Assembly: GCA_021108075.1 (NCBI GenBank)
Contig: JAIORP010000100.1
Coordinates: forward strand, 7,783-71,782
Direction: 5' to 3'
DNA: 64,000 nucleotides
DNA from: Candidatus Omnitrophota bacterium
GTDB taxonomy: Bacteria > Omnitrophota > Gorgyraeia > Zapsychrales > Zapsychraceae
Below the pieces are notes generated by a model, which did not search any database, was not told where the DNA came from, and saw only the letters and a program-made list of their open reading frames with translations. This document shows positions 30,679 through 40,253 of the stretch, piece by piece. How positions within the stretch are numbered: the first letter of the stretch is position 1; each line of letters begins with the position of its first letter. Position numbers and translations under genes: made by a program.

Positions 30679-30718
30679 AGGGTGCTTTTCCCAATCGGAA
30701 CAGTACCCTTTCTTTTTT
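30679..30718 (+). terminator. Possible intrinsic terminator
   Basis: Imperfect stem AGGGTGCT..TTCC/GGAA..AGTACCCT followed by a T-rich tract, 20 nt after a stop codon. Confidence 0.45.
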
Positions 30719-30753
30719 CTGTCCATTCAGGGCCTATCGCGGGGATTCAAAAA

Positions 30754-32076
30754 ATGGTTGAAGATTTTTTTACAGTATCATCATTAAACAATTTGATAAA
30801 GGATGTCATTCAAGCCGGCTTTCCTCGAATGGTCTGGGTTTGTGGTGAGATTCAGCAATTCAATCGTAATCGAACAAAGCGGCATGTATTCTTTGAACTC
30901 GTCGAGAAAGATTCCGCTTCCCAGGACATCAAGGCGCGGATTGGTTTGGTTATTTTTGCAGGAAAAAAAGTCTACATCGAGAAGAAGTTTAAAGAAGTCG
31001 ATCAAGCGTTTAATCTTAAAGATGATATTGAAGTTAAATTCGCTTGTCGGGTTGATTTTTATGCGCCACATGGCGCTGTACGACTCATTGTTGAAGATAT
31101 CGATCCTGCGTATACTTTGGGGAAATTAGCTCAAGAAAAACAAAGATTGATTATCGTTTTAAAGAAACAAGGTGTTTTCGAGCAAAATAAAAAACGGGAA
31201 CTGCCGTTGGCACCGCTGAACATTGGTTTAATTACGGCGTATGACTCAGCCGCCTATAATGATTTTATATCCGAATTAGACCGTAGCGGATATAGTTTTA
31301 AGGTCAGAGTTCGCAATACCTTGATGCAGGGTAAGAATTCAGAAAAAGATGTTTGTCAGGCCCTGTGTGTGCTCGAGGGGATAAAAAATCTTGATTTGAT
31401 TGTGATTACCCGGGGTGGAGGATCTTTAGCTGAGTTAAGTTGTTTTGACAGTAAGCTTATCGCTCAAGCCATTGCTAAATCGCGTTTGCCTGTTTTTTCA
31501 GGAATCGGACATGAGATTAACTTAACCATTACCGATATGGCGGCCCATACGTACGCAAAAACTCCGACGGCTATCGCGCAGTTTTTGATAGAGAAAATTG
31601 ATCTTTTTCTTCAGAAAATGGATACTTATCAGAATGGTCTGCTGGAAAATATAAAGACAATGTTTCAAGGGCGGCGGGCGTCATTGCAGCAGGATGCCTG
31701 GCAATTATACAACCAGACGGGAGGGTATTTGAAAGAGCACAAGAATCGATTAATGTTTTTTGGAGAATGTGTGCGACACAAACCTTTAGCGCGTATGCAA
31801 CAGGGCTTACGCGATCTGCTTGTTAAGCGGCAGGCAATCCGCAAAGAAGTGAAACATTTTTTCTCGCAGAGTCATCATAAACTCCGTTCTTTTGAGAAAA
31901 TTGTTGATTTTGTCCATCCTCGCAATACGATTAAAAGAGGTTTTTGTGTTGTTCAAAATCAAAAAGGTGAGTATATTAAAAGTATTCAACAGCTCAAAGA
32001 AAATGAACGAGTGATCAACCGGTTTTTTGATGGATGCTCACACAATATTGTTGAAAAAATTGTGAAGGAGGATTAA
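30754..32076 (+). CDS. xseA: Exodeoxyribonuclease VII large subunit
   Basis: VWVCGEI OB-fold; ITRGGGS; SGIGHE; AKTPTA; adjacent to xseB. Confidence 0.92.
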   Translation: MVEDFFTVSSLNNLIKDVIQAGFPRMVWVCGEIQQFNRNRTKRHVFFELVEKDSASQDIKARIGLVIFAGKKVYIEKKFKEVDQAFNLKDDIEVKFACRVDFYAPHGAVRLIVEDIDPAYTLGKLAQEKQRLIIVLKKQGVFEQNKKRELPLAPLNIGLITAYDSAAYNDFISELDRSGYSFKVRVRNTLMQGKNSEKDVCQALCVLEGIKNLDLIVITRGGGSLAELSCFDSKLIAQAIAKSRLPVFSGIGHEINLTITDMAAHTYAKTPTAIAQFLIEKIDLFLQKMDTYQNGLLENIKTMFQGRRASLQQDAWQLYNQTGGYLKEHKNRLMFFGECVRHKPLARMQQGLRDLLVKRQAIRKEVKHFFSQSHHKLRSFEKIVDFVHPRNTIKRGFCVVQNQKGEYIKSIQQLKENERVINRFFDGCSHNIVEKIVKED

Positions 32077-32289
32077 GTGCCTGAGTTTAAGTACAGCAAA
32101 GCAATGAAAAGGATTGAAGCGATCATTGAAAAAATTGAAAACGAAGAAATTGACGTTGATGATTTGTCGAATTATGTGAATGAAGCGGCGACCTTGATTA
32201 AGAGTTGCAAGGATAAGATCACAAAAGTGGAAAGCGAAGTCCAGAAAGTGGTCGATGACTTGGTCGAACCCGGAGACAATTCGAAATAA
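32077..32289 (+). CDS. xseB: Exodeoxyribonuclease VII small subunit
   Basis: 70-aa helical protein with the XseB pattern, directly after xseA. Confidence 0.9.
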   Translation: MPEFKYSKAMKRIEAIIEKIENEEIDVDDLSNYVNEAATLIKSCKDKITKVESEVQKVVDDLVEPGDNSK

Positions 32290-32416
32290 TTTTTTATTTG
32301 CAAAATATTATAAAACTGTTAGTTTGTTAGATGTTGTTTGATCGGTCAGCTCCGTGTTACTCGCATATAAGTTTACAGACATCTATCCCAAAATATCATT
32401 ATTTTTCATATGTTAC

Positions 32417-32490
32417 GCGCCTGTAGCTCAGCTGGATAGAGCACCTGCCTTCGGAGCAGGGTGTCGGGGGTTCGAATCCTCCCAGGCGCG
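32417..32490 (+). tRNA. tRNA-Arg (anticodon UCG)
   Basis: Acceptor stem GCGCCTG/CAGGCGC; D-arm GCTCAGCTGGATAGAGC; anticodon arm CCTGC-CTTCGGA-GCAGG; GGTTCGAATCC T-arm; CCA not encoded. Confidence 0.95.
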
Positions 32491-32507
32491 TTTTTTATCA
32501 AATCGTA

Positions 32508-32691
32508 TTAATCCGGAAAATGCAATTGGGATCACCTGCGAAGGAAAAATTCATCGCAATTGCTACGTTATGCTCGGGATTATTTTGTTTACCGTATCTT
32601 GATGCGCTTCACGTAATAACCCTCGCAATGCCTTGCACTTGCAACAACGACTGCCTTTTCGTTACGATTCCAATTGCATTTTCCGGGTTAA
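32508..32691. mobile_element. MITE-like element B with 26-bp terminal inverted repeats
   Basis: TTAATCCGGAAAATGCAATTGGGATC ... GATTCCAATTGCATTTTCCGGGTTAA (2 mismatches); non-coding; 17 nt after the tRNA. Confidence 0.7.
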
Positions 32692-32999
32692 ACGCTTCTG
32701 TTTTAAATTTATCATGTCGATAACGTTTTGATTTCATGCTTTCATCCGATATTTTTCAGTTTTTTTATCCATTGTCCCGGCCTGTCGGCTCTGTAGTGAA
32801 CATGAAGAAGATGTGTTTTAGAATAGATTGTAACGGTTATGTGGTTCTTTCTTTATTAATTATCTTTACATTTATTATTGATTTTAATAAAATATGTCCA
32901 TCGTAACAGATTCATGATAGATAATGTCTAAGAGCCGTGAATGATATTCATAAATTTATTTTATACAAAAAGGCATGACAATAAAAAAGGATAAACAAA

Positions 33000-34112
33000 A
33001 TGTCCCGGGATGATACCACTACGATAAAGACCTTGTTAACATCACCGCTGGATAAACAACACCGGGCATTAAGCGCCCGGATGGTGTCATTCGGTGGATG
33101 GGAGATGCCTGTTCAGTATAAGGGTGTGCTGGCCGAGTACCGTCACACCCGCACCAAAGCGTCCATTTTTGATATATCCCATATGGGAGAGTTTAAAGTC
33201 CTTACGAATGATAAAGATAGAAGCTTAGAGAAAATTTTTACGATCAATTTATCCCGGATCCCTCTTATGAAATGTCGCTACGGAATGATTTTAAATGAGC
33301 AGGCTGGGATTATTGATGATCTTATTGTCTTTCGGTGCGCGCAGAATGAATGGTTTGTTGTCGTGAATGCCGCTACAATGGAGAAAGATGAAAAATATAT
33401 CGCATCCCATCTCCCTTCTGAATCTCAATTGACCAATTTGACATTTCAACTGGGAAAAATAGATTTACAGGGCCCTGAGGCGAGAACCGTGATGAAGGCC
33501 CTGGTCCCGGGTATTGAAAAATTAGCGTATTATTCATTTGATTTTTTTAATTTATTAGGGGAAAATGTTTTAATCAGCCGAACAGGTTACACCGGTGAGT
33601 TGGGATATGAGATTTATTATCCGTGGGAAAAGATCCATTTGGTCTGGGATGGATTGCTTGCAAACGAGTTGGTTGAACCGGCAGGTTTAGGCGCGCGTGA
33701 TATTTTACGTTTGGAAATGGGCTACAGTCTGTATGGGCATGAAATGAACGAAAGCATTTGTCCTTTTGAGGCGGGATTAGATCGATTTGTTGATTTGAGC
33801 AAAGATTTTATTGGCAGGGAGGCTTTATTAGCCAAAAAAGATATTATAAAGCGTAAATTAGTCGGTTTTGTTTCATCTTCGAGACGCTCACCCCGCGCGC
33901 GGCAACATATTTTTTCTATGGCCGAAGAAGAAATTGGAATAGTGACAAGTGGCACATTCTCACCCTTTCTTGAAAAGGGTATCGGTTTAGGTTTTCTTCC
34001 GAAAGATTATTTAGCGCAACATAAGGAAGTTTATTTTGGTGATCAGCGCGCAAAGACACCGGCCATTATTTCAAGTAGACTTTTTTATAATAAGGGATCT
34101 TTAAAAAATTAA
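33000..34112 (+). CDS. gcvT: Glycine cleavage system aminomethyltransferase T
   Basis: FGGWEMPVQY, FDISHMG, SRTGYTGELGYEI, GLGARDILRLEMG. Confidence 0.96.
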   Translation: MSRDDTTTIKTLLTSPLDKQHRALSARMVSFGGWEMPVQYKGVLAEYRHTRTKASIFDISHMGEFKVLTNDKDRSLEKIFTINLSRIPLMKCRYGMILNEQAGIIDDLIVFRCAQNEWFVVVNAATMEKDEKYIASHLPSESQLTNLTFQLGKIDLQGPEARTVMKALVPGIEKLAYYSFDFFNLLGENVLISRTGYTGELGYEIYYPWEKIHLVWDGLLANELVEPAGLGARDILRLEMGYSLYGHEMNESICPFEAGLDRFVDLSKDFIGREALLAKKDIIKRKLVGFVSSSRRSPRARQHIFSMAEEEIGIVTSGTFSPFLEKGIGLGFLPKDYLAQHKEVYFGDQRAKTPAIISSRLFYNKGSLKN

Positions 34113-34123
34113 AGGAGCAAGTT

Positions 34124-34510
34124 ATGGAAATAATAGATTATTTTTTGTATTCAAAGGAGCATGAGTGGGTTTCTCTAGAAGATGGAATTGCGACTATAGG
34201 TATTTCTGAATATGCTCAGGCAGCATTAGGCGATATCACATTCATTGAACTTCCGAGCATTGATGATGAAATCGATCAATTTGAGCAGATCGCGTCCGTT
34301 GAATCCGTTAAAGCGGCCAGTGATATTTTTTCTCCGATGTCGGGTAAGATCGTGGACATCAATGGCAGTCTGGAAAATGACCCGGGACTTATTAATAAGT
34401 CTTGCTATGAGAAGGGTTGGATTATCAAGATTGAGATCTCTGAGAAAGACGAGAAGTCCAACCTTATGACCGCCGAGGAATATCGGAACTTTTTGAATAG
34501 TGTTAGATAA
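34124..34510 (+). CDS. gcvH: Glycine cleavage system H protein
   Basis: YSKEHEWV, LGDITFIELP, VESVKAASDI (lipoyl Lys). Confidence 0.96.
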   Translation: MEIIDYFLYSKEHEWVSLEDGIATIGISEYAQAALGDITFIELPSIDDEIDQFEQIASVESVKAASDIFSPMSGKIVDINGSLENDPGLINKSCYEKGWIIKIEISEKDEKSNLMTAEEYRNFLNSVR

Positions 34511-34540
34511 TAAATAAAATGCTTATAGAAAGAAGTTTTT

Positions 34541-35887
34541 TTGAAGCCATATATTGCTAATACAGTAAAAGACATAAAAGACATGTTGCAGGCGATCGGT
34601 GTTGCGACGATTGATGATCTGTTTAAAGATATTCAGCCACAGCAAAGGCCGTCTTCATTTAACCTTCCCGAAGGTCAATCAGAATTTGAGGTTATTCAGT
34701 TCTTTCGTGAGATTGCTGATCATAACAGGACACATTTGATCCCTTTTATCGGCGGAGGTTTTTATGACCATTATATTCCTGCGCCTGTTTTTTCCCTGAT
34801 CTCTAGAGGGGAGCTTTCCACGGCGTACACGCCATACCAGCCGGAATGTTCTCAAGGAACGCTACAGGCATTATACGAATACCAAAGTTTGATGTGTGCG
34901 TTAACGGGCATGGAAGTGTCGAATGCCTCATTGTATGACGGGGGTACGGCTTTGTATGAAGCGACAATGATGGCGCTGCGGATCACGAAAAGAAAAAAGG
35001 TTCTAATGGACGGGGGTGTTAGTCCCATATACCGTAAAATTATTCAGTCCTACACGAGAAACCTGAATTATGAATTTATTCAAACACCTGTTGTCCACGG
35101 GCATAGTGACCGGGATGCGATACAGAAATTAATAGACGAGGATACGGCTGCCATTATCCTGCAGAATCCAAATTTTTTTGGCACGATAGATGATCATTCG
35201 GATATTGTTAACATGGCGCATGCTAAAGGAGTTTTGGTCATACAGAGTGTTTATCCTATCGCGTTAGGATTAGTTAAGACGCCCGGAGAGATGGGTGTTG
35301 ATATCGTGACAGGTGAAGGGCAGAGCCTCGGACTTCCGTTGAATTTTGGAGGGCCGTATTTAGGTTTTATGACCACAAAGAAGAAATATGTCCGGAAAAT
35401 GCCTGGCAGGGTCGTGGGAAAGACGGTTGATCAAAGTGCCCGGAGGTGTTTTGTCAACACTTTACAAACGAGGGAGCAGCATATCCGTCGGGAGAAAGCG
35501 ACATCTAATATCTGCACAAACGTCGCATTGTGTGCGGTGCAGTCATCGATCTTTATGTCATTACTTGGCAAAGAGGGTTTGAAGCAATTGGCTCAATTAA
35601 ATTTAGATAAAGCGGAGTATTGCCGTCAATTGCTGGAAGGCATCAAGGGGGTTGAAGTGAAAAGGAGTTCGCCAACGTTTAATGAGTTTACAATTCGTTT
35701 GCCTTCAGACTCAAATAGAATATGTGAAGAGATGATTGAGGAGGGTTTTGCCCCCGGGATCCCTCTGGACCGATATTATCCTGATACGGCGAATTATATG
35801 CTTGTCGCTGTTACCGAAAAAAGAACGCGAACTGAAATTGAACAGTATGTTTCCTTGTTGAAACATATCATAGAGAAACAAAAATAA
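34541..35887 (+). CDS. gcvPA: Glycine dehydrogenase subunit 1
   Basis: TAYTPYQPECSQG, NASLYDG, LQTREQHIRREKATSNICT. Confidence 0.96.
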   Translation: MKPYIANTVKDIKDMLQAIGVATIDDLFKDIQPQQRPSSFNLPEGQSEFEVIQFFREIADHNRTHLIPFIGGGFYDHYIPAPVFSLISRGELSTAYTPYQPECSQGTLQALYEYQSLMCALTGMEVSNASLYDGGTALYEATMMALRITKRKKVLMDGGVSPIYRKIIQSYTRNLNYEFIQTPVVHGHSDRDAIQKLIDEDTAAIILQNPNFFGTIDDHSDIVNMAHAKGVLVIQSVYPIALGLVKTPGEMGVDIVTGEGQSLGLPLNFGGPYLGFMTTKKKYVRKMPGRVVGKTVDQSARRCFVNTLQTREQHIRREKATSNICTNVALCAVQSSIFMSLLGKEGLKQLAQLNLDKAEYCRQLLEGIKGVEVKRSSPTFNEFTIRLPSDSNRICEEMIEEGFAPGIPLDRYYPDTANYMLVAVTEKRTRTEIEQYVSLLKHIIEKQK

Positions 35888-35899
35888 TTTTTTATAGAT

Positions 35900-37366
35900 A
35901 TGGAATTAATATTTGAGAAAAGTGTGGCTGGTCGACGGGGGTATTTGTTGCCTAAAACAGATGTCCCTGTCTCCGCAAGTATTCCGGAGCAGTTTCAACG
36001 AAAGCGAGATTGTCCTTTCCCTGAAGTGACAGAATTAGATGTTGTCCGGCATTTTACGCGATTATCCCATCTTAACTATTCGGTTGATACGCATTTTTAT
36101 CCCCTTGGATCTTGTACGATGAAATATAATCCGAAATTTACCGAGCAGGTTGCGGCCATGCCTCAATTTTGTGAGGTGCATCCGATCCTGCCGCAGTTGA
36201 AGAATGGAGAACTGTTAACGCAAGGGGCATTATTTGTTCTCTATGAGATGGATAAATTGTTGTCCGAGATAACAGGTATGGACGCTTTTACAATGCAGCC
36301 CTTGGCTGGCGCGCATGGAGAGCTGACGGGTGTGATGATCATGGCCGCTTATCATAAGGCCCAAAAGAATAAAAAGAAATATATCATTGTTCCGGATGCT
36401 GCCCATGGAACGAATCCAGCGACAGCCGCTATCGCCGGGTATGAAACAATATCAGTAAAAAGCAATGCTACGGGAGTCATTGATATTGATCAATTAAAGC
36501 AATGTATCAATGATGACGTTGCTGGCCTTATGTTGACCTGCCCCAATACCCACGGCATTTTCAATATGGACATCGATAAGATCACAAAAATGGTTCATGA
36601 TGTTGACGGCCTCATGTATTATGACGGGGCCAACCTGAACGCCATATTGGGGCGCTGCCGTCCGGGAGATATCGGTTTTGATATCGTGCATGTTAATTTG
36701 CACAAGACGTTCGCAACGCCCCACGGCGGGGGTGGGCCAGGGTCCGGACCGGTTGGCGTGTGTGAAAAATTAGCGCCCTATTTACCTATTTCACGCATTT
36801 GCAAACGTGATAATGACACATATTTTTTGAATTATGATTATCCGCAATCCATTGGTTATATCGCGTCCTTTTATGGTAATTTTGGCATTGTGTTGCGGGC
36901 TTATGCTTATATTTTGCAGTTAGGCAAAGAAGGATTGATGGCGATTAGTGATCATTCCGTTCTCAACGCGAATTACCTCCGGGAGCAATTGAAAAAATAT
37001 TACCATTTACCATATGACCGTATTTGCATGCATGAATGTGTTTTTTCTGCGGTAGAACAAGCCCAGCGAGGTGTGCATGCTATTGATATCGCCAAGTTTT
37101 TAATTGATCATGACCTGCATCCCCCGACTGTTTATTTTCCTTTGACAGTTAAAGAAGCGTTGATGATCGAACCAACAGAGTCAGAATCAAAAGAGACATT
37201 AGACTTGTTTGTTGATAAAATGATCCAGGCGGACGAATTGAGCCGTTCAAATCCTGCAAGTTTTCATGACAGACCGAAAACAACATGTATCTCCCGGCCT
37301 GATGAGGTCAAAGCTGCCAGAGAAATAAATACAAATTATTTCGCCGAAGAAAAACCGGATGACTAA
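35900..37366 (+). CDS. gcvPB: Glycine dehydrogenase subunit 2
   Basis: PLGSCTMKYNP, AHGTNPA, NLHKTFATPHGGGGPG. Confidence 0.96.
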   Translation: MELIFEKSVAGRRGYLLPKTDVPVSASIPEQFQRKRDCPFPEVTELDVVRHFTRLSHLNYSVDTHFYPLGSCTMKYNPKFTEQVAAMPQFCEVHPILPQLKNGELLTQGALFVLYEMDKLLSEITGMDAFTMQPLAGAHGELTGVMIMAAYHKAQKNKKKYIIVPDAAHGTNPATAAIAGYETISVKSNATGVIDIDQLKQCINDDVAGLMLTCPNTHGIFNMDIDKITKMVHDVDGLMYYDGANLNAILGRCRPGDIGFDIVHVNLHKTFATPHGGGGPGSGPVGVCEKLAPYLPISRICKRDNDTYFLNYDYPQSIGYIASFYGNFGIVLRAYAYILQLGKEGLMAISDHSVLNANYLREQLKKYYHLPYDRICMHECVFSAVEQAQRGVHAIDIAKFLIDHDLHPPTVYFPLTVKEALMIEPTESESKETLDLFVDKMIQADELSRSNPASFHDRPKTTCISRPDEVKAAREINTNYFAEEKPDD

Positions 37367-37374
37367 ATTGATTC

Positions 37375-38091
37375 ATGGTTTTAAAAGATATTTCATTTGA
37401 TTTGCCAGAAGAAAACATACTTTATGATGAACTGCTTCTGCATTTGGCAGAAAAGGGCAAGCTGGGGAATACTTTGCGGTTTTGGGAATCATCAGCGGTA
37501 TTCGTTGTGCTTGGAAGAATTTCCTCTTTAGACGAAGATGTTAATCAGCAGGCTGTTCGGAAAGACCGCGTTTCCGTTGTAAGGCGTTGTTCCGGCGGCG
37601 GTACGGTCGTGCAGGGTAAGGGATGTTTGAATTATTCATTGATTTTGTGTAAGCAGGATTATCCGCAAGTTCAGGATATTCGGCGCTCCTATAATTTTAT
37701 TTTAAATAAGTTGGTCAGAGCCTTTCATAAGTTAAACGTAAACACTGTCTGGCATCCGATTTCTGATGTCGCGTGTGTTGGTAATAATAAAAAAGTTTCC
37801 GGTAACGCGCAAAAACGCGCACGAAATTTTATTCTTCATCATGGGACAATTTTATGTGACTTTGATTTGTCGATTGTGGCTAAATATTTAACCTTGCCGC
37901 AACAACAGCCAGAGTACCGCCAAAACCGATCGCATTTAGATTTTTTGGATAATATATATTTAGATCCCGCTGATATTAAAAAGGAACTTCGAGAATCGTT
38001 TTTTATAACAGAGCATTTAGTGACACCAACACACGTTGAAAGAGAAATGTTAAGTGAGTGGCTGAAGAATAAAAAAATAAGATTAATGTGA
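37375..38091 (+). CDS. Lipoate-protein ligase A family protein
   Basis: RRCSGGGTV, KKVSGNAQ, HHGTIL; located in the gcv operon. Confidence 0.9.
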   Translation: MVLKDISFDLPEENILYDELLLHLAEKGKLGNTLRFWESSAVFVVLGRISSLDEDVNQQAVRKDRVSVVRRCSGGGTVVQGKGCLNYSLILCKQDYPQVQDIRRSYNFILNKLVRAFHKLNVNTVWHPISDVACVGNNKKVSGNAQKRARNFILHHGTILCDFDLSIVAKYLTLPQQQPEYRQNRSHLDFLDNIYLDPADIKKELRESFFITEHLVTPTHVEREMLSEWLKNKKIRLM

Positions 38092-38097
38092 TAATGA

Positions 38098-38177
38098 TAC
38101 CAATTCCATTAAATAATGACCAAAGCCAATTCTGCTTTTCAGAATTAAGATAGAACCATTTATTAATGGATTTGGTA
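38098..38177 (+). mobile_element. MITE family A, copy 4 (80 bp, internal 22-bp deletion, flanking TGA duplication)
   Basis: Same termini; lacks the top of the internal hairpin; TGA on both sides. Confidence 0.85.
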
Positions 38178-38193
38178 TGAGGTGCTGTTATTT

Positions 38194-39480
38194 ATGATAA
38201 CAAAATGGGTCAAATTTTTTGATACTCTGAATTCAGTCGTCATAAAAAAGTTTTTGCCATTTTTCGCCTGTTGTCTGTTCGTTATGATCATGTGCCCTGA
38301 TCGTGCTGTATCCCAATCGGACGTTCAACCTGGAAACAATGCTTACCGTGATTACATCGACTTTTTTGAAGAAGTGTATGACACAATGAATGATAATTAT
38401 TACCAATCAATTTCCCGATCAATGTTCGATTTGTTTATTAAGCAGTTCAACGATAAGATCTACAGCCAATTAAAATCGTCGGGCAAGTCCCTTGATTATA
38501 TCCGCTGGAGAAGCGCAGCTATGTTGGTCGATCATTTGATCACGTCGGAAGATGTGTTTTCCGCTTTTTATCCTCCAGCGCCCGCGAAAGAATATAAAGA
38601 AACGGCATTGGGCAAGCGGGTTGACTTGGGTATATCCGGGGAGAAGGTTAAAAAGGGTTTTGAGGTGACACATATTGAACCGCGATCGGATGCGTATGCA
38701 AAAGGACTCCGGGTCGGAGATGTTATTATCCGTATCGGGAAAAAGAAGATAAGGAAATTAGACAAAGCAACGATTGTTGATTTTTTAAATCCTTTGATAG
38801 ATACAAAAGTTTTATTGACTTATCTGGACCGGGGAAATATTAAAAAAAGAATTGAAGCCTTCAGCAAAGAATATTTTAAACAAACAGTTTTTTTGATCCC
38901 TGTTGAAGTCCCGGGAGTTTTTTGTTTGCGTATTGAACGTTTTAACAAAAAATCATCAGAAGATTTGTTCCGGTATCTTGGTTTGGTCAGGCAGGCCCAG
39001 CCATTGTACGGTTTGATTATTGATTTGCGAGGTAATCCCGGGGGCCCGCCCTTAGCCGCACGTGAAATTTCGTCGTTTTTTTTGCCGCCAGGAGATGACT
39101 TTGCCTATTTCCAAAAAAAAGGTCGGCCTAAAGCTCTTTTAGATGTTCCCCGGATTCCAGACAAGTTTCATTATCATGGGCCACTGGTTATCTTGATTGA
39201 TAAAAAGAGCGGAAGTGCTTCAGAATTGTTTTCTGGAATCCTCCAAAGGAAAGGGCGTGCGGTCCTGATGGGTACGAATAGTGCCGGACAGGTGATGCTG
39301 AAGAGCATGTTTCATTTTGATGATGAATCGATGTTGTTGTTGATTACTTCACGGGGCTATCATTCAGATGGGCGGCCGTTTAGCTTTGATGGATTAAGTC
39401 CTGACAGGCGTATCGAAGATGCAGAAGTCGATGTGCTAGAATATGCTGCGACGTATTTTTATTATTTAAGTCAAAAATAA
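38194..39480 (+). CDS. S41 family peptidase with PDZ domain
   Basis: GLRVGDVI (PDZ), IIDLRGNPGG, SGSASE; N-terminal hydrophobic segment. Confidence 0.87.
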   Translation: MITKWVKFFDTLNSVVIKKFLPFFACCLFVMIMCPDRAVSQSDVQPGNNAYRDYIDFFEEVYDTMNDNYYQSISRSMFDLFIKQFNDKIYSQLKSSGKSLDYIRWRSAAMLVDHLITSEDVFSAFYPPAPAKEYKETALGKRVDLGISGEKVKKGFEVTHIEPRSDAYAKGLRVGDVIIRIGKKKIRKLDKATIVDFLNPLIDTKVLLTYLDRGNIKKRIEAFSKEYFKQTVFLIPVEVPGVFCLRIERFNKKSSEDLFRYLGLVRQAQPLYGLIIDLRGNPGGPPLAAREISSFFLPPGDDFAYFQKKGRPKALLDVPRIPDKFHYHGPLVILIDKKSGSASELFSGILQRKGRAVLMGTNSAGQVMLKSMFHFDDESMLLLITSRGYHSDGRPFSFDGLSPDRRIEDAEVDVLEYAATYFYYLSQK

Positions 39481-39491
39481 ATAAATGTCTG

Positions 39492-40226
39492 ATGAGAACA
39501 ATAAAAGATCAACATAAAATTTTAATTGTTGTGCCCGCCTATAACGAAGAAACAAATATTCGGAACGTGATTCAAGAAATACGTTCTTATGATAAAAGCT
39601 TAACGGTTCTTGTTGTTAATGATGGCTCGAAGGACGCGACATCCCGCATGGCGCAAGAAGCAGGGGCGGAGGTTTTGAACTTGCCGTACAACTTAGGTAT
39701 TGGCGGGGCCGTGCAGATGGGATTCATTTATGCGTTAAAGAATGATTTTGATTTTGTTGTTCAAGTGGATGGTGATGGGCAACACGATATCACCTTTATG
39801 GAGAACATAATGGAGCCGTTGCTAAATGAAAATATTGATATGGCGATCGGCTCGCGTTTTTTACCTCCGTATGTTGGTTACCGTTCTTCATTTGTCCGGC
39901 GTTTTGGGATTCATTTTTTCGCTTTCTTGATTAGCCGGCTGACGCAATATACCGTTACGGACCCCACATCAGGATTTCGTGCGTTCAATCGAAAGATGAT
40001 ACGTATTTTTGCGAAGTATTACCCTCAGGATTTTCCTGAGCCGGAAGCGATCGCCGTGGCCGCACGCTATAAATCCTTCGTTAAAGAGGTTCCTGTCCGA
40101 ATGCGCAGACGGGAAAACGGGCACAGTTCCATTAGATATTTAAGAACGTTGTATTACATGGTTAAGGTTACGTTTGCTTTATTCTTGGATAAATTAAAAG
40201 GCCGGGGGCAAGTTGTTGGCGATTAA
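39492..40226 (+). CDS. Glycosyltransferase family 2 (DPM1-like)
   Basis: VPAYNEE, VNDGSKD, VDGDGQHD, DPTSGFR. Confidence 0.92.
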   Translation: MRTIKDQHKILIVVPAYNEETNIRNVIQEIRSYDKSLTVLVVNDGSKDATSRMAQEAGAEVLNLPYNLGIGGAVQMGFIYALKNDFDFVVQVDGDGQHDITFMENIMEPLLNENIDMAIGSRFLPPYVGYRSSFVRRFGIHFFAFLISRLTQYTVTDPTSGFRAFNRKMIRIFAKYYPQDFPEPEAIAVAARYKSFVKEVPVRMRRRENGHSSIRYLRTLYYMVKVTFALFLDKLKGRGQVVGD

Positions 40227-40253
40227 AGTACATTATTTGATGAGGCTGACGTT

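Noticed and set aside
32354-32723. ORFs 32354-32602 and 32520-32723
   Set aside because: They overlap the tRNA and the TIR element and show no protein features
32700-32999. Glycine riboswitch upstream of gcvT
   Set aside because: AT-rich leader without recognisable glycine aptamer motifs
32417-33000. tRNA as the integration site of a genomic island
   Set aside because: No integrase and no duplicated tRNA 3' end seen; housekeeping gcv genes follow
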